Below, piece by piece: positions 13,840 to 27,653 of a stretch of DNA of 64,000 bases; the stretch's first letter is position 1, and the number at the start of each line of letters is the position of its first letter. The stretch is from Phaeosaccion multiseriatum (lineage: Eukaryota > Protista > Ochrophyta, other classes), in assembly GCA_965112735.1 (NCBI GenBank), contig OZ218961.1:2046001-2110000 (forward strand). Direction: 5' to 3'. The notes beneath the pieces were generated by a model. The model saw nothing but the letters and a program-made list of their open reading frames with translations. It searched no databases and was not told where the DNA came from. A program made the translations under genes and the position numbers.

Positions 13840-14362
13840 GTGTATATTGACTCAATACGAGTCCATGATTGCCTCAAGAAGAGACGGAAACACCAAGAGC
13901 CACGCCTCGAGTTCGTCTTTCATAGCTGTTGGGGTTTCTCTTCTGTGTTTTGTGTTTGTCTTTGCTTTGTCATGTGGCCCGCCCCCACAGCCCAGCCTCA
14001 GGCAAGCCAATTTCGGTTTCAGCTCGCTTTGAAAGACGTAAGGTTACGTAAGGCGCGAAGTACATGAAACAGGCGTGTGGGCGCGTGGGTTGCCTCTGAC
14101 AAGCCGTCAAATGCCTTTCTGAATTGTCACCCATCAAGTTACACACATTGGCCCATTACAACTCACGGGGCAGGACTCTGACACATCTTAGAGGAAGGGC
14201 TTATACATTCAAGGGAGAACGGAGGCAAGGAGGACTTTAGGGGCGAACGGATTGGGGAGAAAGAAAGACGTGGAGGAGGGCAGTTTTCGAACGGGTCAGA
14301 AGCCCGCATCCCCCACCTACCACAACACACCTCAACCGCAGGGAGCAGAGACGACACATACC

Positions 14363-15246
14363 ATGGTGCGCTTGTCTACATTCATCACAGCAGTGGCCAT
14401 CACGTCCGCCAATGTGGATGCGTTCCAGTCCCCGGCAACGGCCTTTGGCCCGAGCAGCTCCGGAGGTAAGAACGGAGCACGAATAGGGAGAGTTAGCAGC
14501 AGTAGCACAGCAGCGGTGGGCCGAAGCAATATTGGCGCGGCCATGCGCTCCCCCACGTCCAGCAAGCGGCGGCGTGTGCCCACACTGGCACAGATGGCTG
14601 GCGCAGGGGGCGCGGGCGAGGAAACATCGGCCTCCGACGTTGAAGCCGCCCATTCCTCCACCTCTTCAGCAGCACCGGGACAGGAACAGCAGCAGGAGGA
14701 GAAGAGCTTCAACCCTCTGCAGATGCTTGGGAATGCCATTACCGCCGCAGAGAACATGATCCTGGGGGATGACGAGGCTGCCAACAGTAGCAGCAGCAGC
14801 AGCAGCCAAAGGAGAGAACCTGCCTCCATCCCCTGGCTCCAGGCCATAAAGGGCCCGGACGGCTGCGAAACCAGCTGGGACTGCGACGCCCCCCTGACGT
14901 GCTGCGACTACGTCGCCTTCAAGATCTGCTGCAACCAGGGAGGCGGGCGCGAGCCAGCTTACGCGGTAAGACATGGAGGATTTCTCCCCCTTTTTTTTAC
15001 TTCTTGTAGTCTTTCGATTGGCGGCAGCGGTGGTGAGAAGCGTGTTGTCGCGTAAACTAATCTCCTCCTTGTTATATGCAGAGAGAAAGAGGTTTGCTGG
15101 AGAGGCTTTTGTGTGTGTCGATTCTGAGTCAGTTTTTGTTCATGCATCTCACCCTCTTCCCCTCTTCCCACGCCTTGCCTTATGAATTTACTCCGCAGCT
15201 GAACAAGCAAAGGAGTGTGTACAACAACCCCATCTACGACGTCTAA
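14363..15246 (+). CDS. Putative plastid-targeted protein with C-terminal Cys-rich motif, function unknown
   Basis: Exons 14363-14965 and 15199-15246. Signal peptide MVRLSTFITAVAITSANVDA|FQSP, then an S/R-rich transit-like segment. C-terminal CETSWDCDAPLTCCDYVAFKICC. Confidence 0.75.
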
Positions 15247-16306
15247 TGAGAGGGGCAAAAAGCGGGGCGATCGGCGTGGACATGGAAGCGGGGGGGAGGG
15301 GGGAGGGGAGGGCTTCTTCATTCGAAGGCCTGTGGGGATGGATCTCTCTCCCATCCGCTGTACTGTGTTTTACTGTGTTTGGGGGCGGACGGACTGTCAT
15401 GGCGCTGCTACGGAGCTGCTGTACAGCACTGCTCTGGGAGCAAGCGCAACCGGGCAAGAAAGAGGTCAAAAGACAACTGAACTGTCGTCAAAAAGGTGTT
15501 GAAATCCTTCTCTGTGGGTTGGTTGTACATAAACAAATGTGGGGGCAGAGAGGCATGTATATAGCGGACGACTGATTATATGTATCGAGTTGAGTGAGTG
15601 GTTACACTTCTTCTGGGGTTTTGCTTAGAGCAGCGATGGCCTCAATTGAGAGGGGTTGCTGAACGACGCGGCGGCAGAATGGGGGTGTAGGGGTTTGTGC
15701 GGGGGGGGGGGGGGGGGGTGTTGGTGGGGGGGGGGGGGAGGTGTTGGTGGTGACCTGTTGGTACCTCCCTCCAGTCTATATGTATTTTCTTTGCAGCATC
15801 ATTTTTTTTCCCGTTCTTTGCAGATGTTTTTTCTTCCTTTTATATAAGTATCGTATTTCAAGTATTTCTGTCTGTAGGGTATAAGGGGGGGGGAGGGCAT
15901 GGGTGCCCGTCCCCCCTTGAGCACCACACTGCAGTCATGTACAGCGATAATCGGGGGGTGGGGTGGGGGGGGGGGCGTGTGGGAGAGGTGGCAATCACAG
16001 CGTTGACCATCATCTCTTCGCAACAGCGTAATCTTACTTCAATTGTTTATAAGCTCATGCATCCATCAGCTTGGCATATAAATAAATAAACAACGATCTA
16101 CCGACGTACTAATAAAAAGAGTATCGATGAGGGGAGAATGATGGAGGAAGGACCCTATTCACCCACCCCACGCGTTTCTTGCTGCTCCTCCACCACTTCA
16201 GCTGCCTCATCACCAGCCATAAACTACACTCTCCTCAGCCAGCACCGACCGCACCCCCACACCACACCACACCCCTTAGAAGCAGGAGTTGGTGGTACAG
16301 CCAGGC

Positions 16307-18837
16307 TCACAGGCGCACGACAATCACCCCAGGGTTGTCCGGCAGGACGTCTGCGTCCATACCGAGCTCCTCTCTGACAAAGTGCAGCAGCTTGGGGCCG
16401 AGCACGCTCACTCCGCCCTCACTGCCCCTGCCCCTACCGGTGATCACATTCACCTCCCTCTGCAGCACCCACCCCCCCTCCTCTTCCTCCTCCTCCTCTA
16501 CCTCCTCCTCCTCCTCCTCCTCCTCCTCTTCCTCCTCCTCCTTCTGCTTCTTGTTGCTGTTCTCGGAAGAGCACAGCGCGTGGCGGAGGGCGGCCTTGCC
16601 CGCGCTCTCTGAAAAGCCATGCAGATCAATGGTGCGACCCTCCCGGCCCTTGACCCAGTGGGACAGCACCCCTTCACGCAAAGCAAGCCTATACACCTCA
16701 TCCGCGAGGCCCCCCTGCCCTTCACGAAGCAGACAGGCGAGCACCTCTTGGTAGCTCACCTTGTCGGGCCGCAAACCTCCCTCGCACCCTCCTCGCATCT
16801 CCTCCAGCAGGGCCAGACTCTCCCGAAACCTCCCTCCCTCGCTCGCCTTGGCGCACGCTGCAAGCATGGCGTTGAAGCTAAAGACGTTATGCCTCACCCC
16901 CGCTGCCCTCATCTCCCCGAACAGTTCCTCGGCCTTGTGGAAGTGCCCCGCGTTCCCAAACGCGCTAATGAGCGCCGTGAATGTCACCACATCGGGTTCG
17001 AGCCCGCGACTGCGCAGCTCCGCAAGCAAGCCCAAAGCCTCGTCGAGCGGTGGTGCGGCATCACCATTGTCATTGGCATTGGCAGCATTGCCACACGCTG
17101 TGATGGCGGCGTTGAAGGTCACAAGACAGGGCTCCAGGCCTTCCCTCTGCATCTCCTTGAGCAGGCCCAGCGCCATCTCATACTGCCCCGCGTTGCCGCA
17201 CGCGCTAATGGCGGCGCTGTACGTGATGACGTTGGGCTTGAGGCCCTCTCCCCGCATCTCCGACATAAACTCCAAGGCCCGCTCATGATACTGAAACTCC
17301 GACTGAGACTGCTGCCCCTCCTGAGACGGCCCATCAGACTGCTGCCCCTCAGCCTCCTGACCATGCGCCCCTGTACTGCTTGCACCCCCGGTACTGCTTG
17401 CATTGGCGCACACCGTGACGAGGGCACTGTACGTGACCACCGTGGGCCTCAAGCCGCTGTCACGCATCTCCTGGAGCATATCCAACGCTCTTTGGAACCA
17501 CGTCTCGCGCAATTCCGTCTGCCTCGCCGCCGAAGGGGAAGAAGAAGAAGAAGAAGAAGAGGAGGAGGAGCGTGTACCGCTTGTGCTGCCGCCTACCTCG
17601 AGCAGGGCGCAGGCGCACACACTGATAAAGGCGTTGGCCGTAAGCCCGTTGGGCGTGAGTCCGTCTTCGCGCAATTGCTCAAGCAGCAGGAGGGCCTCGT
17701 CGTGTCTGTACGCCTTCCTCGCTGCGGTGAGACACGAGCTGTAGGTGAACAGATCCGGCTTGACGACGTGCTTGACATGCTTGAGGTGGTATCTGAGGCG
17801 GTGAAGGAAGATCCCCTCCTCCTCCTTCTCCTCCTTCTCCTCCTCCTCCTCCTCCTCCTCCCCGCGGCGGCGCATCTCGGCAAGCAGTTGGAGCGCCTTG
17901 TCGTACTGCCCGCCCTTCTCGTATGCGGCCACGAGTGAGTTGTAGCTGATGGCGTCGGGGTGAACACCATCCGCCACAACAACACCCACACCATCACCAA
18001 CACGTCCAGCTTCGCCTTCGCCCGCCTCGCCTCCCGTCTCCTCTCCACTCCCCTCCCCACCGCCGCCGCGCATCAGCATACTCTGAAACACACCCTCCGC
18101 CTTCTCCCACTGCCCCGCACTCCCATAGGCTGAGATGAGTGCATTGACGCAAATTGTATTGGCGCGTTGGCCGTATCGGCCATCGATCCAACCAAACACC
18201 TCCGCGGCTTTCTCCGGTTCTCCGGCCTCACCACAAGCGGCAATGAGGGCACAGAAAGTGACCAAGTCTGGACGAAGACCTTCGGCGTGAATGTCATACA
18301 ACACGTGAATGGCTTTTTCGTGCTGTCCGCTCTTGCCGTAGGCGGTGGTCATGGCATTGTAGGTGGTGATGGAGCGCGCAAGCTCGGAAGCCTTCATCTC
18401 TGCCAGCAGACTTTCGGCTGCCTTCCACCGCCGGCACCTGCCCACGGCGCTTATGGCGGCGTTGTAGATGATGCTATTGAGCGGTAGTCCCTCGTCCTTG
18501 GCCTTCTGCAGTGCGCCCGCCACGCCCCTCAAGTCCTTCCTCCTGCCCGCCGCTTCCACCGCCATCCGCACGTCCATCTGCCTCTTCCGCAGCCTCGCAC
18601 CCCTCAGAACAGCACCCAGCCGACCCGTCTCCGGGGGGGCGCGTTGCTGGTGTGGAAACCCAGAGAGCGGCTGCTGAGGCCTCAGCTGCAGTACCACCGG
18701 TTTGCCCATCCTTCTCTCATACGTGCCCTCGGACGAGTGCAGCATAATGCCTGATTGATGATCGGCAGGGGCATCCGCCCTTTCACCTGCTGTTCCTTCT
18801 TCTCCTTCTCCTCCCCGGACCCCTTTTTCTGCTTCAG

Positions 18838-18872
<35 letters not shown>

Positions 18873-19207
18873 GGCGTCTCTTGCCCGCCCCCCCCTCTTC
18901 CAGAAGCTGCTCTCTTGAGGCCCCCTTTGTTGCGTACAGAAGAAGCAGGTGCGGGGTCCGCTGCTGCAGAAGTCACTCCTCTCGCTCCAGCCCGCAAATG
19001 CCTCCCCGTCACCCAACCTCCCCCAACTGGCGATGCAACAGCCGTATGCAGCGGTGGGGCCACAAAGCCGCCGCACTGGTATCTTGCGCCACTCGTCCCT
19101 CTCTCTACTCCCCATGGAGCCCCCATAGAAGACACCTCCTTTACCTGCGAGTACGCGTCAAGGAATAGGAGGGACTGAGAAGTAAGTGCGTTCACTCGGC
19201 AACTCAT
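16307..19207 (-). CDS. P-class pentatricopeptide repeat protein with C-terminal SMR domain (PPR-SMR); true N-terminus uncertain
   Basis: More than 10 PPR units (e.g. IIYNAAISAVGRCRRWKAAESLLAEMK, PDLVTFCALIAACGEAGEPEKA, PNVITYSAAISACGNAGQYEMALGLLKEMQREGLEP). SMR motifs IDLHGFS, VITGRGRGS and NPG near the C-terminus. Confidence 0.93.
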
Positions 19208-22200
19208 TTCTCATGGTGAGCTAAGCAATTCCCACCCGAGAACTTACCAAGTGAGGTGGGGGGCGAGGCCAGAGGTAGGCAAACCTGCACAGCAAGCAGA
19301 ACGAGGCCTCAACAGAGCGCTTCCCTTCTTACATGCAGGGCAGGGTAATCTCCGGGCATTTTTTGGCTGACTAGAGCAAAAGAAAGAGGAGAAGACCTTC
19401 AGCCCAAGACAGAGGAGAAGAGTGAGGAGGGATCGAGGAAAGAGAGAATCATGCGCTCATGAGCGAACAAAAAGCAAAAGTGAGGCGCCCTCACAGTTGG
19501 CTGACGATTTGACCTTCTTCAACCATAGATGGCATAGATGGTGTACACACGATCAACACTATTCCCTATGTGCCCAGGGTGGAGCTGGAGGCAGACGTAC
19601 GGTTCATAAATGTCACTAGTGACATCATTAGGGAGGAGGAGGAAGCTCAATACGAAGAAGGTGAGAAATCTCCTCCTCCTTTTTTTTTTCTTTTTTTTTT
19701 TTGTGTCCCTGGTCTAACTCATTTCCCACGACTCCCCGGCCTACTCTCTCCTACCCTCAGGTGCGCTTGCCCCCCCCCCCCCACCAGTGTGCTCAAGCTA
19801 GCATGGGGCGGTATAGAGTGTCTCTGTGGTGTACAATGGGGCTCTCTCGTGGTACTTGACATGTGCGAGGCGAGCTTTTGGCCGGCAGAAGGGGGTGATG
19901 TTGGGGAAGGAGGACGGAAGTAGTTTGCCGATGTCTAGGACTCTTGTCGCCCCGCCATGTGTGGCCATGTGGCCTTCGTCAACTGACGCCCGACGCCTTT
20001 CTCGACCGCCCTGAAGGGCAAGGGTAGCCCCATCCAGTACCATCTGTCGCGTACCTCTTGCAGCCTCTCCGGTGGCGGGAAGGGCCGTGTGGCGCTACTT
20101 ACATCTCGGCGGCGGCGCTCGCTTTGTGAAATCCGCTCTTTCCCGCCAGTGCAAAAGTGGCAGAGTCATAATCAGCTCTGCCAGGCCTTTCGGCTTTCCT
20201 CCACAGGACGCCCCGTGGGACTTGAGCTTGACGTCCGAGTGCGCCAGGATGGAGCTCGTCGAGATGGCAGCAGATAGGCGGGACCTGAACCTTGTTTGGA
20301 GCCTACACTTGCATGCACGCCTACCTGCCTGCCTGTCGGCCTGCCTGGCCAAGCTGCTGATGGTCCGGCGACTCGCTATCATACAGTTGTGGTGGTGATT
20401 GGGTTCAGGCGACTTTTTGCCGTTCCAAGATGGGCCTGCAGCCTCGCACGCAGCAATGACAGCAATTGGTCCGACGCAGCAATCGGTCGCAAGAGGAGTA
20501 CATGTCGAGACTATTTTTGGGGGCGGGACTCTTTTCCCCGGCTACCCCCCCCCCCCCCCCTTAATCCCACGCCAGCTCCTACTACCTCCATTCTCCCGCT
20601 ACCCTTCCTACTCCCTCCATTCTCCCGCTTCCTTTCCTACTCCCCCCATCTCTGCTGCTACGGCAAGCGCTGCTCCTCGGCGTTTCGACCAACCTGTGTC
20701 TATAGCTCGGGCGGGGCTGGCGGGGGGGGTTTACTTTATTGACTTCATAGGAGGGGGGAGACTTTTGTGCTCCTCGAGCCATCTGTGAACATGCACAACG
20801 CCCTTGAGGAGGGCGGTAGAGCTCAGCGTGGCAGCGAACGACGAGACGGGCTTGCAGCTCTTCCCTTCCACTGTGGCGCTTCTTCTGTGGTCGCCCCCCC
20901 GCGAGGTTTGGTTTCTTTGGCTCCTGGCTTTTGAGCCGTAGCCCCCTCCTGGCTTCGGGCTTCTGGCCGCAGATCAGCGCTGGTTTCTCGGCTTTCGGCC
21001 GTCTGGCTTGTCTTTCTTTCCAGCTGATGACTGGCTTCTGCTGGTCGTAGCCCAGCCCCTGGCTTCTCGGCTTTCGGCCGCAGGCCGCCTCTGGCTTCTG
21101 CTTATCGGGGGCCAGAGAAACCTCGTGGGGGGCAGACTGTGGTCACCGCCGCCGCCGGAAGGAAAGATACGTATATCGTGCTTCCCTCAGCACCAGGGCG
21201 CCAGTGTGGGTGGGCAGCGCTAGGAGATGGCACGTGTGCTGCACGCAGAGGGTCAGCGGAGAATCAGACTAGGGGGGGGGGGGGATGCTTGTTCCGTCCG
21301 TCCTCCGATCCTGCCGGTAGGAGCGGTAGCACACGTCTTCGAGGTCGAGGCTTGGTCCTACATGAGGGGCCGGTACATGGGTAGCCTCGGCACACGAGAG
21401 AGCCGCGTACGCGAGAAAGAGAGAGAGAAAGGTTAATATATTAGCTACTCGTACTTTTTAGTGAACCTTCGGATGCGGCATCCGCAACAGTCAAAGGATT
21501 TTCTGCCTACGATACGTATACACAGAGTGCGCCAAGCTACCGGGCCACTCCTTGAGTAAGAACCAGGTAAGCACCCTGCTTAACCTTTTAAAAACCTTAT
21601 TTCCTCTTCCCCGCCCCCCCCTTTCCTTACATACATTGATGGTCTATGGTACAAACCCCCAACCACCCAAATCACCCCCCCCCTTCCGCCGAAGTCAGTC
21701 GTTCCTTCTGGCGCGCATCTGTCTTTCTCTGAGCGAGAGAGATAGAGATAGAGGGAGGGCGGGAGTGGCAGGGTGCGATGGGAGAGAGAGGGGGCGGGAG
21801 GGGGAGAGAGAGATGGAGTGGTTGGGAGATACAACAGAGAGAGAGAGAGAGAGAGAGAGGAGAGCCTGACGGAGAGAGAAGGGGAAGGGCGAGAGAGAGG
21901 TGGAGGGAGGGAGAAGAGAATGGGAAAACGTCCGCTGCAGTTCTTCAGTCCTTTTCCCTTTCCGCCGCCCCGACAGCAATCTCCGAGCAGGTGAATCGCT
22001 TCGCCCCCCTCCGCCTCCGCTTCCTTCTTCACAGCTTCCTCACTTTCTTGCGCATTGCCGCAGATTTGCGCATTGCTGCAGCCTTCCGCATCTTTACCGC
22101 CCGCTCAATCTCGGCTTTCCCCATCTTCTCCGCCCGCGCGGCCCGCTCGATATCCACTTTCCTCATCTTGTCCCGAGCTTGAAAGTACGGCAGGCCATTG

Positions 22201-23166
22201 ACCTGCTGCGTTTTCGTAGCAATATGTTGTCGCTCTTGATCAGGAATCATCCCGCGCGCCTTGAGAACAAGCGCCTTTGCTGCCTTTCCTCCTTGAAGAA
22301 CGCCTTTCTTTTGATTTGAAAGCGTTTTGGTCCGGTATCCGCTCTCCTCACTCTACAGCCTTGCTCCTTCTTTGGAGAAAGGAATTCAGCCCCCCGTGAC
22401 CCCTTGCTGCTCCTTCTCCTCCTCCTCCTTCGCGGTGCTGCTCCCAAGTCTCTCCTGCCCTCCAAGCGGTGAGAGAATTCTTCTTTTTTTCTCCCCCGGT
22501 GATCCCCTTCCCTCCAAGTCTCCGTTTCACTATCCCAAGTGAGCGATACTCCCAAGTTGACGCAAGAAGTATCACCCTCTTTCAAGGAAAAGACCTCCCC
22601 CCCCTACTTTCACTACCACTACTGCCTGCTGGGCACAGGCGGTTGTTCGAGGTCAAGGGCAACAGAAACCCACAGCCGCCGTCGGACCGTCAAAAAAAAA
22701 ATGCCGGTTTGCCGGCTTCGTCGGTTTGTGTGTGTGGGAAAAGAGGTTGGACGGGGTGTGCTTGGCTCAGGCGCTCCAGCCTTGCCTTTCGCCGCCACTG
22801 GTAGAGGTATAGGGGTGCTCTCTCGTCGCCACTGGTAGGAGTGGAGCGGCAGCACCGCAGTAGAGGAGCAAGGGAAATATTTATCAGCCTCCCTTATTCC
22901 GTTGCAGAACTTGAGGTGTCGGGGAGGGAGAAACGCACAGCAGCGGGCCGCAGGAGCGCACGAGCAGGGACAGGGCACCGGCGTACTAAGGAAGTCGCCA
23001 GCCCTCGCGATTGCAGCCTTTGTAGACGGTGGAGAAGGGATGCAAGCCTGTCAAAGACCGAAACATGGGGAGGAGGGGAAGAAGTGAAGTTTCCTTCATC
23101 TTTTTTTTGAAGACTGAGGAGCGATTTGCTTCTTGAAACTGAGGCGCGAAGGAGGGACCGACCAGC

Positions 23167-26100
23167 ATGCCAACTTTGACAGAAAGCATGCGGAGTGGGT
23201 TGGTGGGGGACTCCCGGGCAGCCGGGGGCCGAGGCCTGCCCGGCTCGGACACAGGCAGCCGGGGCCTTGTGCTACGCCCCCACCCATTGATGCTGCTACT
23301 GCTGGTCTGTTCGCTCTTCCTACTGGCCCCGACGTGGGCGCAAGATGAGGCCGACTCCACGTGCAGCGCCAGCTGCGAGCTGCTGAGCTGCGAGGCCGGA
23401 GCAGCTCCCACACTCACCCTGGACGACGGCGCAGATACTTTGACGGTTTCATGCCAGCCCTGCACAGACAACACCTTCAAGAACTCCACTGGCTCGCAGT
23501 CGTGCTCTGCGTGTGGGAAGGATGGCAGCGGAAAGGTGGACCTCGTCTCTGAGGCCGGGGCGACGCTGTGCACGTGTCCTGTAAACTTTTACTCCGACTC
23601 GGGTTCTTCAGACTCAACCTTTACGTGCCAAGCCTGCACCGATGGCGTAGACTGCTCCACTGCGGGTGCGAGTGTGGACCGCTTCACGCTGAAAAGCGGC
23701 TTTTGGAGGCTCGAGGATGACGTGGCGGAGGTATACGAGTGCCACCTGCCCAGTGCGTGTGTAGGCGGCAACGGTTCTCTGGGAGCGGTGGTGCCGGACG
23801 ACCCTTATTGCTCCCTCGGCTACGAAGGCCCACTGTGTGCCGTGTGTAGCGACGGTTACTACCCCGTCAGCGGCGCGTACGAGTGCGAGGCGTGTACCGG
23901 CGCCAACAAGGCTCATGTCCTCATCACCATCCTCGTGTTCGGAGGGGTGCTGCTGGCCTTTGTGCTGCTCATGCTCAAGAAGGCCGAGGTGGAAAATCCT
24001 GCAGACGAGGCCATCGAAGGCGGCGGACAGAGCGAAGGCGGGCAGGGCGCGGAGAGCGCCGCCGCCACAGACCTTTCCCTCACCATGGACCGCCTCAAGA
24101 CGCGAACCGCCAAAGCCATCCGGTGGTGGGAGGCAGCCGCCGCCAACATCAAGAAGAAGGCCGACACACTGATGGTCAAGTTTAAGATCCTCGTCACGCA
24201 CTTTCAAATCATCAGCGCCTTCCCCCTCGTGCTCGACGTGGCGTGGCCCAAGACCTTTGCTTCCTTCGCGGACGCTTTCTCCGTCTTCAACCTCAACATT
24301 TGGGGCCTTTTGTCCGGGGGTTGCTTCTTCTCGGCGGACTTCTACAAGGGACTGTTGTTCGACACGCTTCTGCCCCTTCTCATCGTCGCCATCCTGTTCG
24401 GTGTCTTCTACATTAAAGAAGTAAGTCAATGTAGGGGGCTGCGGGGGGGAGGGGGAGTGGATGGGTGGGGCCGGCCTTTTCTGCTTCGTACATCAGACGA
24501 ACACACACCAATACACACCCCACATGTGTCAAGAACATCCCACCTAACCCACTTGCCCCCTCGGGTCCGCCCGGCCTTGTGCAGGTGCTTCGCCCCCGCC
24601 GGAGAGGGCAGGAGGTGGACAAGAAAGAGGCAGGCTATGTGAGCAATTGGAATGGAACCATGGCCGGGGCCCTTCTCACGAGCTTCTTCTTTTACGTGCA
24701 GTCCAGTACCACGGTCATGCAGGCCTTCAACTGCGAGACCTTTATGGACCGCAAGGGCGACAAGCAGAGCTTCCTCGTGGCCGACTACAGCAAAGACTGC
24801 GACACCACCACCTACAGCATTTACTTTTGGTACTCCATCCTCATGGTTATCACCATCCCCTTGGGCATCCCTGTGGTGTACGCGTTGCTCATTCGGAGAG
24901 ACATCAGCCGCATCAGCCCCAAGGTGGAGTCTGTGGAGATTGCCCTCGCGCTGAGAGAGGACGACCCTCGCACGCAGCGAACGCGCTTCTTATGGAGCAC
25001 GTACCACCCCGGCGCTGCCTTTTTCGAGTGTTGGGAATGCATTCGTAAGCTCATGCTCACGGGGCTGCTCGTCTACTTCAGACCGGACACGTGAGTGAGA
25101 CGAGCAGAAGAGGAACAAGAACAAGAACAAGAACAAGTGGAGGAGGAGAGCACGCCTGAGATGAGAAGCAAGAGGAGAGCAAGCCTGGCACGCCCCCTTC
25201 CCCTCCCCTCCGCTTCTCTTCTACATCACCTCACCTCACCTCACCCCCCACTCCTCCCCACCCCGTGTCACATATCGTACCCTTCTTCCACCCGCCCCTC
25301 CAGCCCCTCTCAGGTGGTAATAGCGATGCTGTTGGCACTTCTGAGCATGCGCGTGTTGGCTCAGTACACACCCTACAAGAGGAGTGACGAGAACGACCTC
25401 GCAGAGAGTGCCCTTTGGGTCACCTTTCTCACCCTCTTTGGGGGCCTTCTCATCAAGAGTGGGGTGACAGCGGCGGACGGTTACAGCGAGGCAGGGCTGG
25501 GCGTGTTTCTCGCTCTGCTCAACCTCAGCTTGATTGCTTTGGCTGCATTGCAGACCTTCTACAGCGCTCGTCTGTGGGTGTGCGATAAGCTCGGCATCGA
25601 CGTCGAAAAAATCACGGTACGGTTGGGTGCGTGGAGAGTATACTATATCGTTAACACATTGTGTATGTGCGAGTGTGTGTGTCTGTGTGTGCGTGTGGGT
25701 GGGTGCATGTGTATGTATGGCGTGTGTTTATTCGTGTCTGTGTGTGGAGAGAGTATGTTTGCTAGAGAGAATATGTGTATGTGCTTAGCTTAATCATGCC
25801 GTAACCGCCATACCCCCCCCCCCCCAAATTCGCAGCTGGAGAAGAAGCTGCGGGACATCGGCACCACGCTCATGCCGGTACGCGACTACGATGACGAAGA
25901 CGAGTATCACCAACGCGTGACCCAAAAGACGAAAGAGTTCCGCGAGATTGCCGAGCAAGCCCTCTGCAGAGAGGCGGAGCTAAAGCGCAAGAGACTCGCC
26001 AAGGAGGCCGGGGAGGGAGGGGAGGATGAAGACGGAGAAGGCCTACCCGGCAAGGGTGGCGACAAGGATGGCACTAGAGGGATGTTCGCCAATCTCGCCC

Positions 26101-27653
26101 GCCCCTTCTCAGCGGCGCTTGCCTCGAGGAAGAAGGGCAGCAAGGGAGAGCGGGCCTCATCCTCAGACGGACCGCAGCAGAAGCAGAAGCACAAGCACAA
26201 GCAAGAGGGCGAGGAGGGGACAGGGCAGGAGAAGGTAGCGAAGAAGAGGAGCAAGAACAAGTCGGCCAGTGTCATGGGGGAAGACGCAGCCGCAGCAGAA
26301 TCAGCAGCAGCAGCCGTCGGGGAGGCGGTAGGTCCTGTCGACCGCAGGGAGGCGGAGGCTCCAGCTGGGGCAGCGGGGTCCTCCCCTCCGTCGTCCATAT
26401 ACTCCGCGGGCGCTTACAAGCGGCGGGTAAGTCAACGAAAGGTGTCCCGGGGGGGCAGCCTTTTGTAGTTCAACCTTCCGTACCCTGCTGCTTTTCTCTC
26501 CTTGTCTCTCTCTCACTACATCCCTCTCTTTCTCTTTCTCTCCTCATCACCCTCTCTCTTCATCTCTCTCTCTGCAGCTCTCTCCTCCTCTCTCTGCGTT
26601 TGTGTTTGTTCCCCCCCCCCCCCCCCTCGCGGTGTCGTCCTGAGGGGCGGAAGCACATACATATACTCACAAGCAAGCACTTGTGCCCCCTCTTCCGTCC
26701 CTCCTGGTGTCCTCACTTCGTGCCACTGCTGTTCCCTCTTTCTCCCTCTCTCTCCATCTCTCTCTCTCCATCTCTCTCTCCCTCTCTCCCTCCCTCTCTC
26801 CACTTCTCTCTCTCCCTCTCTTCCTCCCTCCCCCCCTCTCTCCCTCCCTCTCTCTGCCCTCTCTTCCCCTCTCTCCCTACCTCCCTCCCTCCCTCCCTCT
26901 CAATCTCTCGCTGTGCTCTGTATCCTCCTTCATCACAGCCGCTACCGACCCCCTCGGGAAGTGCCCCGTCTCTACCCCCTCCTCCGTCTTACCACCAGGT
27001 GATGACCGAAGACCCTGGGGCCTCCAAACGGCATTCGGTGAGCCAAATTTCTCATTTTTTTGAGCCCTTTCAAAGTGCGGCCCATATATGCCTGACTACC
27101 TCCCTCTCTCCCCCTCCCCCTCCCCTCCCAGTGGACAATGTGTACTGTGTGTGTGTGTGTGTGCGTGTGTATGTGTTATGCTTGCACTCACTGTGTACGT
27201 ACGCTCTCTATCCCCCCTCCCTTCCCCCCCCCCCCCCCACCCCACTCATCCCTTCTCCCCAACACGCAGAAGCGGCAAGAGCGGCCGTCGAGAGAGGAGC
27301 GCAAGATTGAAGAGGCACTTTCCCCCGGCCTGAGCAAGGGCACGAGGGAAGGGAGGGCGGGGCAACAGCCGCAGAGGCAAGCAAGGTCAAGGTCACCGGT
27401 TTCGGCGGTTTCGCACCCCATGCGCAGAGGGCCCGGTTCGGGTTCGGGCAAGGGCCAGCCTCCACCGATGGCTGCACACTTCGAGGCCTCCCCTGTGCAG
27501 TCTCCCTCTGCCGTACCACCAACGGCTACATCTGCTACTGCGGTTCCTCGGGGCCGTGCTAGTGAGGGCCGCGGTCGGGATAAGGGCGCGTCTGATGGGG
27601 CGACCGAGGAGAACAGACTGAGGCCGAGCAGATCTCCGAGTCCAATGTACTAA
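23167..27653 (+). CDS. Signal-peptide, Cys-rich (ephrin-receptor-like/GCC-type CxxC) ectodomain plus multipass TRP-C-like membrane domain and a disordered cytosolic tail
   Basis: Exons 23167-24420, 24585-25090, 25304-25616, 25836-26426, 26999-27037 (tentative) and about 27270-27653, all phase-compatible. Motifs CQPCTDNTFK, GFWR, CSLGYEGPLCAVCSDGYY, KFKILVTHFQI, FLVADYSKDC, FECWECIRKLMLTG, PYKRSDENDL are typical of this protist family. Confidence 0.85.

Noticed and set aside
16619-17938. 439-aa plus-strand ORF
   Set aside because: Antisense shadow of the PPR-SMR gene.
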